From NCBI GenBank assembly GCA_000092065.1, contig CP000584.1: a DNA stretch of 64,000 bases; one strand, written 5' to 3'. This document shows, piece by piece, positions 37,743 through 47,369 of this stretch; positions within the stretch are counted from its first letter, which is position 1, and each line of letters starts with the position of its first letter. The notes below the pieces were generated by a model, which did not search any database, had not been told where the DNA came from, and saw only the letters and a program-made list of their open reading frames with translations. The position numbers were made by a program, and so were the translations under genes. The stretch is from Ostreococcus lucimarinus. Its lineage: Eukaryota.

Positions 37743-38633
37743 ATGCACGCGTCCACGTCGACCGCATCGATCGCGTCCGCGCGCGCGCGCGGCGCCACCG
37801 CGTCGTTTCGCGCGCGAGTTCTCGCGCCGCGTCACCGCGCGCGCACGACGATGACGCGCGCGGAAGCCGCGGGATCTGTGCGTCGAGAGGTGCTGAAGAA
37901 GTCCGATCGCGCGAAGCTCGATCCGAGCTCGGACGCCGCGTTCTACGCCCAGCCGCGCTTCGTGACGCACGTCGACGACGATTTCATCAGCAAAGTGACC
38001 GAGTTGTACAGAAGACGAGTCCCGCGAGGAGCCGCGGTGCTCGACCTGTGCTCGAGCTGGGTGTCGCATCTACCGCGCGAGGTGGAATACGAAAAGGTGT
38101 GGGGCCACGGGATGAACGCGACGGAGCTCGGGAGGAACGAGAGGTTGGATGGGTTCTTCGTGCGGGACTTTAACGAGACGCCGAAAATCGACGCGAAGGA
38201 TTGCAGCTTCGACGCGGTGACGATGTGCGTGAGCGTGCAGTACTTGCAACGACCCGAGGAGGTGTTCGCGGAGATCTTTCGGGTGTTAAAACCGGGCGGT
38301 GTGTGCATCATCACGTTTTCGAATCGATTGTTTTATAGCAAAGCCGTGCAAGCGTGGAGAGACGCGAGCGGTTACTCGCGAACGCAGCTCGTGAAGCAAT
38401 ACTTTTCATCCGTCGCCGGATTCACGGCGCCGGAAGTGATCACCGATTTAGACGACATCGTCGACGACTCTCTGTTCTCCAAGTTTCGTCGGTTCTTTCA
38501 ACGCTCGCAGAGCGACCCATTTTACGCCGTCGTGGCGTATCGCAACTTCAAACCCGTCTACGAAGACGACTGCGTTCGCATGACGGACGAGGGCGAGTGC
38601 CTCACGGACAAGTCTTTCGATTCTATCGATTAA
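37743..38633 (+). CDS. Class I SAM-dependent methyltransferase (Methyltransf_11-like), with a transit-peptide-like N-terminus
   Basis: VLDLCSSWVSHLP (motif I-like) ... CSFDAVTMCVSVQYLQRPEEVFAEIFRVLKPGGVCIITFSN is a typical SAM-MTase core. Start is chosen at the ATG MHASTS. The ORF-table start 37611 is non-ATG. Confidence 0.55.
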   Translation: MHASTSTASIASARARGATASFRARVLAPRHRARTTMTRAEAAGSVRREVLKKSDRAKLDPSSDAAFYAQPRFVTHVDDDFISKVTELYRRRVPRGAAVLDLCSSWVSHLPREVEYEKVWGHGMNATELGRNERLDGFFVRDFNETPKIDAKDCSFDAVTMCVSVQYLQRPEEVFAEIFRVLKPGGVCIITFSNRLFYSKAVQAWRDASGYSRTQLVKQYFSSVAGFTAPEVITDLDDIVDDSLFSKFRRFFQRSQSDPFYAVVAYRNFKPVYEDDCVRMTDEGECLTDKSFDSID

Positions 38634-38771
38634 CGGCGTTCGATTCATTTTACCATCACTCACGATTCCACGGCTTTTGTAATTTCATCGCTCTCGCAGG
38701 CTTTCGCGTCGTCCCGGTGGTCTCGCGCAATCCAATCTCGATTCCCCGGGCGTCACAACCGCGCGCTCGAC

Positions 38772-40583
38772 ATGCGCGTCGCGCGTCGCGCGTCGTCCGC
38801 GCTCGTCGCGCTCGTCGCGCTCGTCGCGCTCGTCGCGTGCGCGCCCGCTCGCGCGCTTCGCGACGGCGCGCCCGCGGTCGACCCGCGCGAGTACACCTCG
38901 TGCCGCCCGCTCGAAGCGCCCGCGCTCGAACGCTGCGCGTACGTCACGCAGAACCCGCTGTGCGCGCGCGACGAAGCGCTGGTGCCGTATTTACGCCTGC
39001 ACTACTGCTCGCTCGCGGGCGATGGGTTCGCGAGCGGGATCGCGAGCGGGGCGCTCGCGCTGACGCTCTTCGCGGCGCTCGCGAGCGTGGCGGAACGCTT
39101 CTTCGTCCCGGCGCTGCGAAACATCGCGCGAGGACTGGCGCTGCGGGATGACGTCGCGGGAGCGACGCTGTTGAGCTTTGGAAACGGGGCGCCGGATATA
39201 TTCGCGCAGATCGCGGCGTTGAGTCACGAGGATGTGGCGGAGAGCGCGGCGTTGGCGGTTGGCGCGGTGACGGGCGCGGGCGCGTTCATCGCGAGTTTCG
39301 TGTTTCCGTGCGTGGTGTTGATCGCGACGAGAGCGGCGAGCGGGCGGGGGTTGGTTTTGGATAAGTGGAACTTCGGGAGAGACGTGGGGTTTTACGCCGT
39401 GGCGTCGGCGATGGCGCTCGGATTTTTTTTGGACGGGCGCGTGGAGGCGTACGAGGCGGCGGCGTTGTTTTCGCTGTACGCGGCGTATTTGTTTGTCTTG
39501 CTTTCGGGGCGAAGGCTGAAGCGGTTCGCGCGCGCCGTCGTCGCGCTCGTTCGCTACGGCGGCGATGATAGCGATAGTGATAGTGATTCATCCGTCGCTT
39601 GGTCGGATGACGAAGCGGCGGGCGAGCTTGTGCGAGACGCCGACGTTCGCGCGCCGATGCTGGAGACGGGCGATGACGGGGACGGCGACGAGGAAGCGCC
39701 AGTCGAAGGTGACGACGACGGCGACGACGACGACGATGACGACGACACGCGTTCGACGTCGTCTGATTCACACAGACCGATCCTGTTGATGATTGGGCAG
39801 AACGTGGCGCACGCGTTCAAGAAGATGGAGATTCCACTCGTCGCCACGCTTCGTTTGACAATGCCAGAGCTCGGCGACGAAACCGTCTCGATGCGGCACG
39901 CGGTGGCGTTGCCGATCGGTGCGCCGCTGTTTTTGTTATTCGCCACGGGTATGATGCCGGATCATATACGCTGGGTTGGCTTGAGTTATGGTATCGGCGT
40001 CTCTCTCGTGTGCGCGTTCATCATCGTTCAGTCGTGGTCGCACATTGGCGATGTAGCATCGATTCGCGCGTTGCTCGTCGCAGTTGCGTTTTTTCAGTCC
40101 ATACTGTGGATGAACACGGCGGCGAGCGAGCTCGTTTCTTTGCTCAGCGCGATCGGCAAGGTGACTGGCGTGAGTGAAGCCTTACTCGGCGCGACAGTCC
40201 TCGCGTGGGGGAACTCAGTCGGTGACTTTGTCTCCAACACCGTCGTCGCTCGCGCGGGCAACCCGAACATGGCAATCGCCGCGTGTTTTGCAGGGCCACT
40301 GATGAATCTTCTCGTCGGCACCTCGTTCGGACTTTTGCTTCACGTCGCCAAATACGGCCCTGTCACCGGCTACGTCATGCCTAACGAGCTGATCTTGCTC
40401 GGTGGTGCGCTGATGTTCGCATTGTTTTACGCGCTCTTCGTCATACCCTTCGTGCACAAGTGGCGCGTGGGGAAGAACGCGGCGTACGGCATGATTGGCT
40501 TTTACTTTTCATTCTCCATAGTGTACGCGTTGACGAGCACGCATTGCATCTTCCGAAAACCTTGGCTTGGGCCACCGCAGTAG
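38772..40583 (+). CDS. Cation/Ca2+ exchanger of the CaCA superfamily (CCX/NCKX-like)
   Basis: The 603-aa ORF has a signal peptide and two alpha-repeat regions (GNGAPDIFAQIAAL and AWGNSVGDFVSNTVVARAG). A large central acidic loop contains a poly-Asp run, and there are about 11 TM segments. Confidence 0.8.
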   Translation: MRVARRASSALVALVALVALVACAPARALRDGAPAVDPREYTSCRPLEAPALERCAYVTQNPLCARDEALVPYLRLHYCSLAGDGFASGIASGALALTLFAALASVAERFFVPALRNIARGLALRDDVAGATLLSFGNGAPDIFAQIAALSHEDVAESAALAVGAVTGAGAFIASFVFPCVVLIATRAASGRGLVLDKWNFGRDVGFYAVASAMALGFFLDGRVEAYEAAALFSLYAAYLFVLLSGRRLKRFARAVVALVRYGGDDSDSDSDSSVAWSDDEAAGELVRDADVRAPMLETGDDGDGDEEAPVEGDDDGDDDDDDDDTRSTSSDSHRPILLMIGQNVAHAFKKMEIPLVATLRLTMPELGDETVSMRHAVALPIGAPLFLLFATGMMPDHIRWVGLSYGIGVSLVCAFIIVQSWSHIGDVASIRALLVAVAFFQSILWMNTAASELVSLLSAIGKVTGVSEALLGATVLAWGNSVGDFVSNTVVARAGNPNMAIAACFAGPLMNLLVGTSFGLLLHVAKYGPVTGYVMPNELILLGGALMFALFYALFVIPFVHKWRVGKNAAYGMIGFYFSFSIVYALTSTHCIFRKPWLGPPQ

Positions 40584-40605
40584 ACATTTGTTGTTGTATT
40601 GTACA

Positions 40606-41646
40606 TTACAAGGATCTCGCGTACTCTTTCGCGCGTTCCAAACTACCGTCGAACGCCTCCGCGAGCGCTCGCGCTGCGTCTTCCGCATTTCGTGGCTGTC
40701 CCCCTCGCTCGAATAATTTAATCCAGTGGCGCTTTCGAAAGTTAATGAACCAGTTATTGACCTGCGTCGCGTCGAGTTTTGTTTGCGCGATGAGTTCGCG
40801 CTTATCATCTTCAGTCGGGTACGGCCACACGATGTTTTCGGACCACCAGTTCTTTAGCACCTCTGTGGATTGGTCTGGAAGCTTGCCTTTCTTTCGTTTT
40901 CGCATGAACTCCGACTTGAGCGTCATAATACTGCTCGCGTACTTACGTTTAAGGGCTTCTCTGAGTCGTTCCTCGTGGTCGCGACGCTGTTGCGAGTTAG
41001 ACAGTATCTGATCAAAGTCGCCGCTCGCCGCGGCGTGCTCCGCCGCCGTAGCCGGCGCTCGGCGTTTGCTCTCTGCGGCTTCACCTCGAATATCGGCGCT
41101 TTTCACCACATCCGAACGCACTTTCCGCGCGCGCGTCTCGAGTTCTCGACAGCACGACTTCGCGTCTTCGTATAGCGCGTGTAGCTCCTTGACGTACGAT
41201 TCAAGTTCGTGCGTGCACTCTCGCATGAACCGGTCCAAATCTCGTTGCGGTACGTCATGCGCGCCGCCCGAGCTCGACGCGTCTTCATTCATCACCTGAA
41301 CCGAGTACAACATCGCATCGCGCTCTCGATCGAGCGCTTCCAACACATCACCCTCAGCGCCAATTTGCCGGCACTCGTAATACGCTTCCACAAGCCGCGG
41401 ATACATGGGATGAGCGCGCACCGCGAGCGTCATCTCCTCTGAATCCGTCGCGCTCTCGCTCGAGCCCGTCTCTCTAACCTTTGTCCCGATGAACGCCTCG
41501 ATTTCATCGGCAAAACCGGGCAACGCGTCGACGTCGTCGCAATCAAATCCGCGCGCGCCGTCGTGAAAACAATCGTGCGTCGCGCACGCGAGCACATCCC
41601 ACTGCGCCGACTCCACGCTCGCGTCAAAGTCCATCGAGTCGAACAT
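40606..41646 (-). CDS. KNOX-class TALE homeodomain transcription factor
   Basis: The C-terminal TALE homeodomain with its three-residue loop reads KKGKLPDQSTEVLKNWWSENIVWPYPTEDDKRELIAQTKLDATQVNNWFINFRKRHW (WFxNxRxR). It is preceded by an ELK-like segment (LKSEFMRKRKKGKLP) and KNOX1/2-like helices. Confidence 0.8.
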   Translation of the reverse strand: MFDSMDFDASVESAQWDVLACATHDCFHDGARGFDCDDVDALPGFADEIEAFIGTKVRETGSSESATDSEEMTLAVRAHPMYPRLVEAYYECRQIGAEGDVLEALDRERDAMLYSVQVMNEDASSSGGAHDVPQRDLDRFMRECTHELESYVKELHALYEDAKSCCRELETRARKVRSDVVKSADIRGEAAESKRRAPATAAEHAAASGDFDQILSNSQQRRDHEERLREALKRKYASSIMTLKSEFMRKRKKGKLPDQSTEVLKNWWSENIVWPYPTEDDKRELIAQTKLDATQVNNWFINFRKRHWIKLFERGGQPRNAEDAARALAEAFDGSLERAKEYARSL

Positions 41647-41913
41647 GTCGCGCGCGCGCCGGTCTCAATTCAGTCCCACGCCGCGTCTTCCCGCGCCCCG
41701 CTCGAACGGCACCGCACTGTCAACCACCACAAATCGCGCGTCCGGCGCCGCGGAGCGCTCGCCGCGCGCGCGACCGTGACGCCTCGCGTCGCTCGCCGCG
41801 CGACGAAAATAGTTCGCCGCGCGCCGCAGAGTTAACAATCCAATGCTCACGCCTCCAGACCGCGCCGTCTCGAAACCCGAGACGCGTCCGGGACGCCGCG
41901 CGTCGACGCAGGC

Positions 41914-42519
41914 ATGCGCGATGTGCTCCGCGCCGTCGCGCGCGCTGCGTCGACGTCGCGCGCGCGCGCGGCGACGCTCGACCGCGGCGCGGCGTCGAAG
42001 CGTCACGGCGCATTCGACCGCGCTTTCCGACGTTTTTCTTCCTCGGAAGACGACGTCGCGGCGAGAGTGCGCTCGAAAGTGCGCGCCGGGGAGCAGCCAG
42101 ACTTCATGGACGTCGCGGGGCACGTGTTCGCGAGGCGCGAGGGCGCGAGCGCGCGGACGGGTGGTGGTCGCACGCGCGGCGAGCGAGGCTGGGACTGGCA
42201 CGCGTGGCAACTGCTCGTCGCGTGCGTGCCCGCGGCGATGTCGTACGCGTGCGTGATGTATATCGATAAGAACTACGTGCCGGTGTACGTGAATGAGATG
42301 GAGGCGCGCGAACGGGCGAGGGAGGCGAAGATTATGGAGACCACGGCGCCGGCGGACGCGAGGCGCGACGAAGAGGCGACGAGGCTGCGCGCGCGATTGG
42401 CAGAGTTAGAGGCGAGCGTGCGCGAGGTAGGGGCGCGCATGGCGAGTTTAGAGCAACCGAAACCTAGCGAAGACGCGCAAACGGCGAGTGAAGGCGAGAA
42501 ATCTCGAACGACGGCGTGA
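41914..42519 (+). CDS. Hypothetical single-TM coiled-coil protein
   Basis: The 201-aa ORF has a hydrophobic segment WQLLVACVPAAMSYACVMYI followed by a charged coiled-coil tail (EMEARERAREAKIMETT...RLRARLAELEASVREVGARM). The N-terminus is R/A-rich (presequence?). I recognise no family. Confidence 0.35.
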   Translation: MRDVLRAVARAASTSRARAATLDRGAASKRHGAFDRAFRRFSSSEDDVAARVRSKVRAGEQPDFMDVAGHVFARREGASARTGGGRTRGERGWDWHAWQLLVACVPAAMSYACVMYIDKNYVPVYVNEMEARERAREAKIMETTAPADARRDEEATRLRARLAELEASVREVGARMASLEQPKPSEDAQTASEGEKSRTTA

Positions 42520-42622
42520 GGCGAGCGCGTTCAATCTTCTCGACGGAGTCGCGACGCAGCACACTAGTCCATAGATCCCACGTAGCGCTTGAACACATCA
42601 ATAGTTAGTTTACATTCCATCA

Positions 42623-43213
42623 TCACACGCGTCCGCGAAGCTTAGACTTCTTCGGCGCTCGAAAATCGACGCGGGTCGTCCCCGCCGACGCCGCCTCCTC
42701 GCGCCAGTAGTGATACGACTCCGTCATCTTCATCAACGTCCCAGACGAGTGCTGCATCGCGTTCCTCTTCCTATCCATCACCATCGCGCTCAAATCATCT
42801 CCGTGCGCTTTCACCAGCGCCTCCACCACGCGCGTTTGTTTCGGCGTCAACCGCTTCGGCGCCGAGAACCCGCTCGTTTTCGTCTCTCCCAGCAGCGCGC
42901 GCGTCTCGTCCCCGTTCGACGTCGCCAGCGTCGCCACCGCCTCTCGCACCGACGCCCCCGGGTCGTCCATCGCGTTTCGTCCGCCGCGTCCCGCGACGTT
43001 CGCGTCGCTCGCGAGTCCGCTCGCCGCGTAGTTTCGCGTCAGCGTCGCGTCCACGTTCCAGGGCTCGGTCGCGCGCGGCGCGCCGGGCAGGCTCACGACG
43101 GCGTGATCGACGCGCGCGCGACCGGTTTGGAAGTTTGTCGTGACGCCGACTTTTTGCGTCTTCTTCCCGGCCGCCGCCTTGGCGCGCTTCTTGCGACGGA
43201 GCGAACCAGCCAT
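42623..43213 (-). CDS. NOP16: Nucleolar protein 16 (NOP16)
   Basis: It has a basic N-terminus. KRLTPKQTRVVEALVKAHGDDLSAMVMDRKRNAMQHSSGTLMKMTESYHYW aligns with human NOP16 NTLSRDLIDYVRYMVENHGEDYKAMARDEKNYYQDTPKQIRSKINVYKRF. Confidence 0.65.
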   Translation of the reverse strand: MAGSLRRKKRAKAAAGKKTQKVGVTTNFQTGRARVDHAVVSLPGAPRATEPWNVDATLTRNYAASGLASDANVAGRGGRNAMDDPGASVREAVATLATSNGDETRALLGETKTSGFSAPKRLTPKQTRVVEALVKAHGDDLSAMVMDRKRNAMQHSSGTLMKMTESYHYWREEAASAGTTRVDFRAPKKSKLRGRV

Positions 43214-43343
43214 GGCGACGGCGGCGGTTCGCGTCTTGCACTGCGGCCGGGCTCGGCGCGCTCGGCGCGCGCGCGTCGGTCGTTCGGTCGGCGCTTCTAC
43301 GGTTACAATCGCGCGCGTCGCGTCGCGCCCGAGCTACGGCTAC

Positions 43344-43955
43344 TCACATCGGATCGTCCTCGAAACTCTTCATCATCATGTTCCCCAACAGCACGTCGTC
43401 CACCGTCGTCGTCTTCGCGCACCGCAGCACGCTCGCGAGCTTCGCCGCGAGCTGGTGCTTGCACGCCAACGCCTCGCCTCGATTGACGCACTCCCAAAAA
43501 AACGATCGACACGAGCAAAAGTGCGCGGGAAAGCACAAATACGGCGCCCTTTCGTGCGCGCCGCTGCCGTGCACGGCGTACATCGACCGTCCGCTCCTCT
43601 CGGCGACGACGCGCCGCACGCGTCCCGCCTGCATCACCTCGAGCGCCTTTTGCAGGTGTTTCGCCCCGTACAGCCACGCCAGCGCTTCCAGCGCGTCGTC
43701 CGGGACGTCGATCGCGCGGTTCGCATCGCGCGCGACGCGCGCGCGCCTCGCGAGCGCGTCGAACGCCGCCTCGGCGATCGCCGCGCCGCGATGTCGCGCG
43801 TCGTTCGACGCGTCGCGCCAGCGCTTCGGATTCGAATCATCCTCCGCCTCCGACGTCGACGTCGCGCGTCGTCGCGCGGGCGCCGCGCCCATGAACGCGG
43901 GCACCGACGACGCGTTCGCGTCCGCGGCGTCCCGGTCGACGTCGCGCGGCATGGC
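43344..43955 (-). CDS. ZSWIM7: SWIM-domain protein, ZSWIM7/SWS1 homolog (Shu-complex homologous-recombination factor)
   Basis: The C-terminus ...RRVVAERSGRSMYAVHGSGAHERAPYLCFPAHFCSCRSFFWECVNRGEALACKHQLAAKLASVL carries the SWIM CxCxnCxH signature in the arrangement typical of SWS1. Start is trimmed to MPRDVDRD at about 43952. The upstream part of ORF 43344..44882 is low-complexity read-through. Confidence 0.6.
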   Translation of the reverse strand, partial: AMPRDVDRDAADANASSVPAFMGAAPARRRATSTSEAEDDSNPKRWRDASNDARHRGAAIAEAAFDALARRARVARDANRAIDVPDDALEALAWLYGAKHLQKALEVMQAGRVRRVVAERSGRSMYAVHGSGAHERAPYLCFPAHFCSCRSFFWECVNRGEALACKHQLAAKLASVLRCAKTTTVDDVLLGNMMMKSFEDDPM

Positions 43956-44741
43956 GCGTCGGCGTCGCGCGATGGCGGCGCGAACGGGCGCGCGCGCGTC
44001 GTCGTCGGCACATCGCGACGGCATGCCCGCGGTCGTGCGTCGAGGCGAAGAGTCGAGCTCGGACGACGACGACGACGACGACGACGTCGACGCCGTCGCG
44101 TGCTCGCCCGAGCGCGCGCGCGCGGCGTCGCCGACGACGCGAAGCGCGCGCGCGCGCGCGACGAACGACGGCGACGCGCGCGACGACGCGCGGTCGAACG
44201 CGGCGCGCGTCGTCGAGCGGCGACGCGCGGTGGTGGCGCGCGACGCGAGCGACGACGACGGAGGCGGCGCGCGCGCGCGCGCGGGCGCGGACGGACGGGG
44301 GGAGGGCGCGCCCAACACTAAATTCGTCGCGGCGTGCGTCGCGCCGCTGCGAGACGGACCGATCGCGCGCGCGGCGGTCGCGGCGAAGGCGCGCGATCGA
44401 GATTTGGGGATATTATCGCAGACGTCGGCGTCGATGACGAGGGTGAACGCGCACGCGAGGGAGGCGGCGTTGGCGGCGAGGGAGGCGGCGGATACGACGC
44501 GGCGGTTGACGCGACGGCACGGACGAGACGACGACGACGACGACGAGGCGTAGGCGTGGGCGGCGCACGTTTCGGGGCACACGGAGAGGTGGTATTTCTT
44601 AGACGACGTGTAATAGAGCTTAGCGATGCACCACGAGGGCGACGTCGTCGCCGCGCGCGCCGCGGCGCGCGCGCTCGCCGGCTCGAACGAACCGCCTCGC
44701 CGCACACGCGCGCGCATCGATCGCTCGCCCGCGCGCGCGCC

Positions 44742-47234
44742 ATGTCCGCGCGCGTCGACGACGATGCGCTCGCGGTGTGCGTCAGAGCCGCCGAGCGCGG
44801 GCGCATCGCGCGCGTGCGCGACGACCAAACCGTGTTCAAAGATGAGTGCGCGTTCTCGTTCGACTCTCCGTTGAGCGCGCACGGCGTGTACGTCAACGCG
44901 GAGACGCTGTTCGGGTACTCGCGAAAGTATGTGGCGCTAGACGCCGCGCGCACGGGGTGCGAGGTGTACGTTCGGGTGAAGACGACGCGGACGTTGAAAC
45001 CGACGAGCGAGGGCGAAGCGAAGGACGAGACGCCGACGACGCTCGGATTCGGTGTCGACGGTGGATTCGCGAGTGAGAGCGATAAATACGACGTGGATAC
45101 GACGTATGCGTTAGTGATCGCTCCCGATTTCGACGATGTCTCGCGCGCGCTGCCTTTGGAAGGATTACCGGAGACGCTTCGCGAAGCGTGCGAGAAAATC
45201 GCGCAAAAGCAAGGCTTCCACGACACCGAGGAGACGAAATCTTGGCAAGAGATTCGCGAGGTGTCCAGGTACGCGCTGGAGCTCGCGCAGGAGGACAACG
45301 GAAAGAAGATTCCGAGCGATCCCTCGAAGTGGCGTTGCGAGGAGACCGGAGAGAGTGGAAACTTGTGGGTCAACTTGAGCGACGGTCACATCGGGAGCGG
45401 GCGCAGACATTTTGATGGGTCGGGTGGTAACGGGAGCGCGCTGCGGCACTACGAAGCGATGAAGGCGCAAGGAAAGCACTATCCGCTGGTGGTGAAGCTC
45501 GGTACGATCAGTGCGAACGGCGCGGATGTGTATTCGTACTCCCCAGACGAAGACGACATGGTGGAGGATCCGTACTTGGCCGTGCACCTGCGACACTGGG
45601 GAATCAACATGCTGTCAATGGAGAAGACGGAAAAGAGCATGGCTGAGTTGCAAATTGAGCTCAATAAAGGTTTTGAGTTTGACAAAATCACCGAGGCCGG
45701 GTCGCAGTTGGAGTCGGCGTACGGGCCGCGACTCGTCGGCTTGAAAAACATGGGCAACACGTGCTACTTGAACTCGGTCATGCAGGTGCTTAAGCAAGTG
45801 CCTGCGGTGTGCGATCGGTACTTTGACAAATATGAAATCTTTCAGAGCGCGCCGGAAGATCCCGTGACTGATTTCCCGACGCAAATGTCAAAACTCGTGA
45901 ATGCTCTCGTCTCTGATGAGTACGCGAGTCCAGAGGCTGAGAACGCGGCGGTGGCGGTGTGCCCGCGCATGTTTAAACAGCTCGTCGGCAAAGGACATCC
46001 AGAGTTTAGTACTGGTCGTCAACAAGACGCGGTAGAGTATTTCCAGCACTTGTTAGACGTGATGACTCGCGCTGAACGAGCTGCGAGCTCGCGAGTATCA
46101 GCTGGTCCACCGACTGCGGCGCAGTTTACGTTTGAGATCGAGGACAAGCTCACGTGCGTGGAAAGTGGGAACGTGCGCTACTCGACGCGAAAGGACAACA
46201 TCCTGTCGCTCGGTATTCCTTTAGACAAGGCAACGAACAAGGCATCGGTTGCCGCTTTCAAAGAACGCGAGCTCAAGCGCCAGAAAAAGGAGGAGGAGGA
46301 CGTGGAAGAAATCGTGCGACCCGAGGTGCCGTTTTCTGCGTGCCTTGAAGTCTTCGGCTCGACTGAGACCGTTGAAGACTTCTACAGCACTGCGCTCAAA
46401 CGCAAATCGATCGCGTCAAAAGTGGCGCGCATGAAGACGATGCCCAACTTTCTCGCGGTGCAGCTCAGGCGTTATTACGTTGGTGACGATTGGACGCCGA
46501 AAAAGCTCGACGTCCTCGTCGACGTCCCGAAGACGATTTCGCTCGAGCATCTTCGCGCGCGGGGGCTACAGCCTGGGGAAGTCGAACTTCCCGAAGACCA
46601 AGATGGTGCCGCCATGGAAACCTCATCCACGCCAGCGCCAGCGCGCGTTGAACCCGACATGGCGATCGTAAGCGCGCTCATGTCGATGGGTTTTAGCGAA
46701 AACGGAAGCAAGCGCGCCGCGCTCGCGACGAACAACGCGTCTACTGAGGTGTCGATGGAATGGGTGTTCGCGCACATGGAAGACGCGGACTTCAACGAGC
46801 CGCTTCCCGATCCATCTGAGTTACCATCTGTGAGTGCTCCATCCGCGGTGAATCCAGAATCGGTCATGATGCTCACGTCCATGGGCTTCGGCGAAGACGC
46901 CGCGGAGGCCGCGCTCAAGGCGTGCGCGGGGAATCTGGAGCGCGCGGCGGACTGGTTGTTTTCGCACGCAGATGATCTCCAATCGGCGATCGCTCAAGTG
47001 AACGGTGCCACAAACGATGTGGGTACGGACGTCGACAGCACCACGCTGGACGGCGCCGGCGAATACGAGCTCTTTGGTATCATCAGCCACATGGGCGGGA
47101 ACACGAACTGCGGGCATTACGTCGCCCACGTGGAAATCGACGGCAAGTGGTACATCTTTAACGATCGCAAGGTGGCGCTTTCGAGACAGCCGCCTACCGA
47201 CCTCGGTTACTTGTACGTTTTTAGAAGACGATGA
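44742..47234 (+). CDS. USP5: Ubiquitin carboxyl-terminal hydrolase 5/13 (isopeptidase T; plant UBP14-like)
   Basis: The N-terminus MSARVDDDALAVCVRA...VFKDECAFSFDSP matches USP5 (VHKDECAFSFDTP). It is followed by a ZnF-UBP, the Cys box GLKNMGNTCYLNSVMQVL, two UBA domains (IVSALMSMGFSENGSKRA.. and VMMLTSMGFGEDAAEAAL..) and the His box GHYVAHVEIDGKWYIFNDRKV. ATG at 44742. Confidence 0.9.
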   Translation: MSARVDDDALAVCVRAAERGRIARVRDDQTVFKDECAFSFDSPLSAHGVYVNAETLFGYSRKYVALDAARTGCEVYVRVKTTRTLKPTSEGEAKDETPTTLGFGVDGGFASESDKYDVDTTYALVIAPDFDDVSRALPLEGLPETLREACEKIAQKQGFHDTEETKSWQEIREVSRYALELAQEDNGKKIPSDPSKWRCEETGESGNLWVNLSDGHIGSGRRHFDGSGGNGSALRHYEAMKAQGKHYPLVVKLGTISANGADVYSYSPDEDDMVEDPYLAVHLRHWGINMLSMEKTEKSMAELQIELNKGFEFDKITEAGSQLESAYGPRLVGLKNMGNTCYLNSVMQVLKQVPAVCDRYFDKYEIFQSAPEDPVTDFPTQMSKLVNALVSDEYASPEAENAAVAVCPRMFKQLVGKGHPEFSTGRQQDAVEYFQHLLDVMTRAERAASSRVSAGPPTAAQFTFEIEDKLTCVESGNVRYSTRKDNILSLGIPLDKATNKASVAAFKERELKRQKKEEEDVEEIVRPEVPFSACLEVFGSTETVEDFYSTALKRKSIASKVARMKTMPNFLAVQLRRYYVGDDWTPKKLDVLVDVPKTISLEHLRARGLQPGEVELPEDQDGAAMETSSTPAPARVEPDMAIVSALMSMGFSENGSKRAALATNNASTEVSMEWVFAHMEDADFNEPLPDPSELPSVSAPSAVNPESVMMLTSMGFGEDAAEAALKACAGNLERAADWLFSHADDLQSAIAQVNGATNDVGTDVDSTTLDGAGEYELFGIISHMGGNTNCGHYVAHVEIDGKWYIFNDRKVALSRQPPTDLGYLYVFRRR

Positions 47235-47369
47235 ATTCCATCGCAAACTCGGAAACTTGCTTCGCCACAACTACTGGGCTGTTGCGTCACCGCTGTCGAC
47301 TGTGCTCGGCATGGATCCGATTCGATTCCACGTCGCGCATCCAAAGCTCTGAGGACTCTCGAAAACTGT

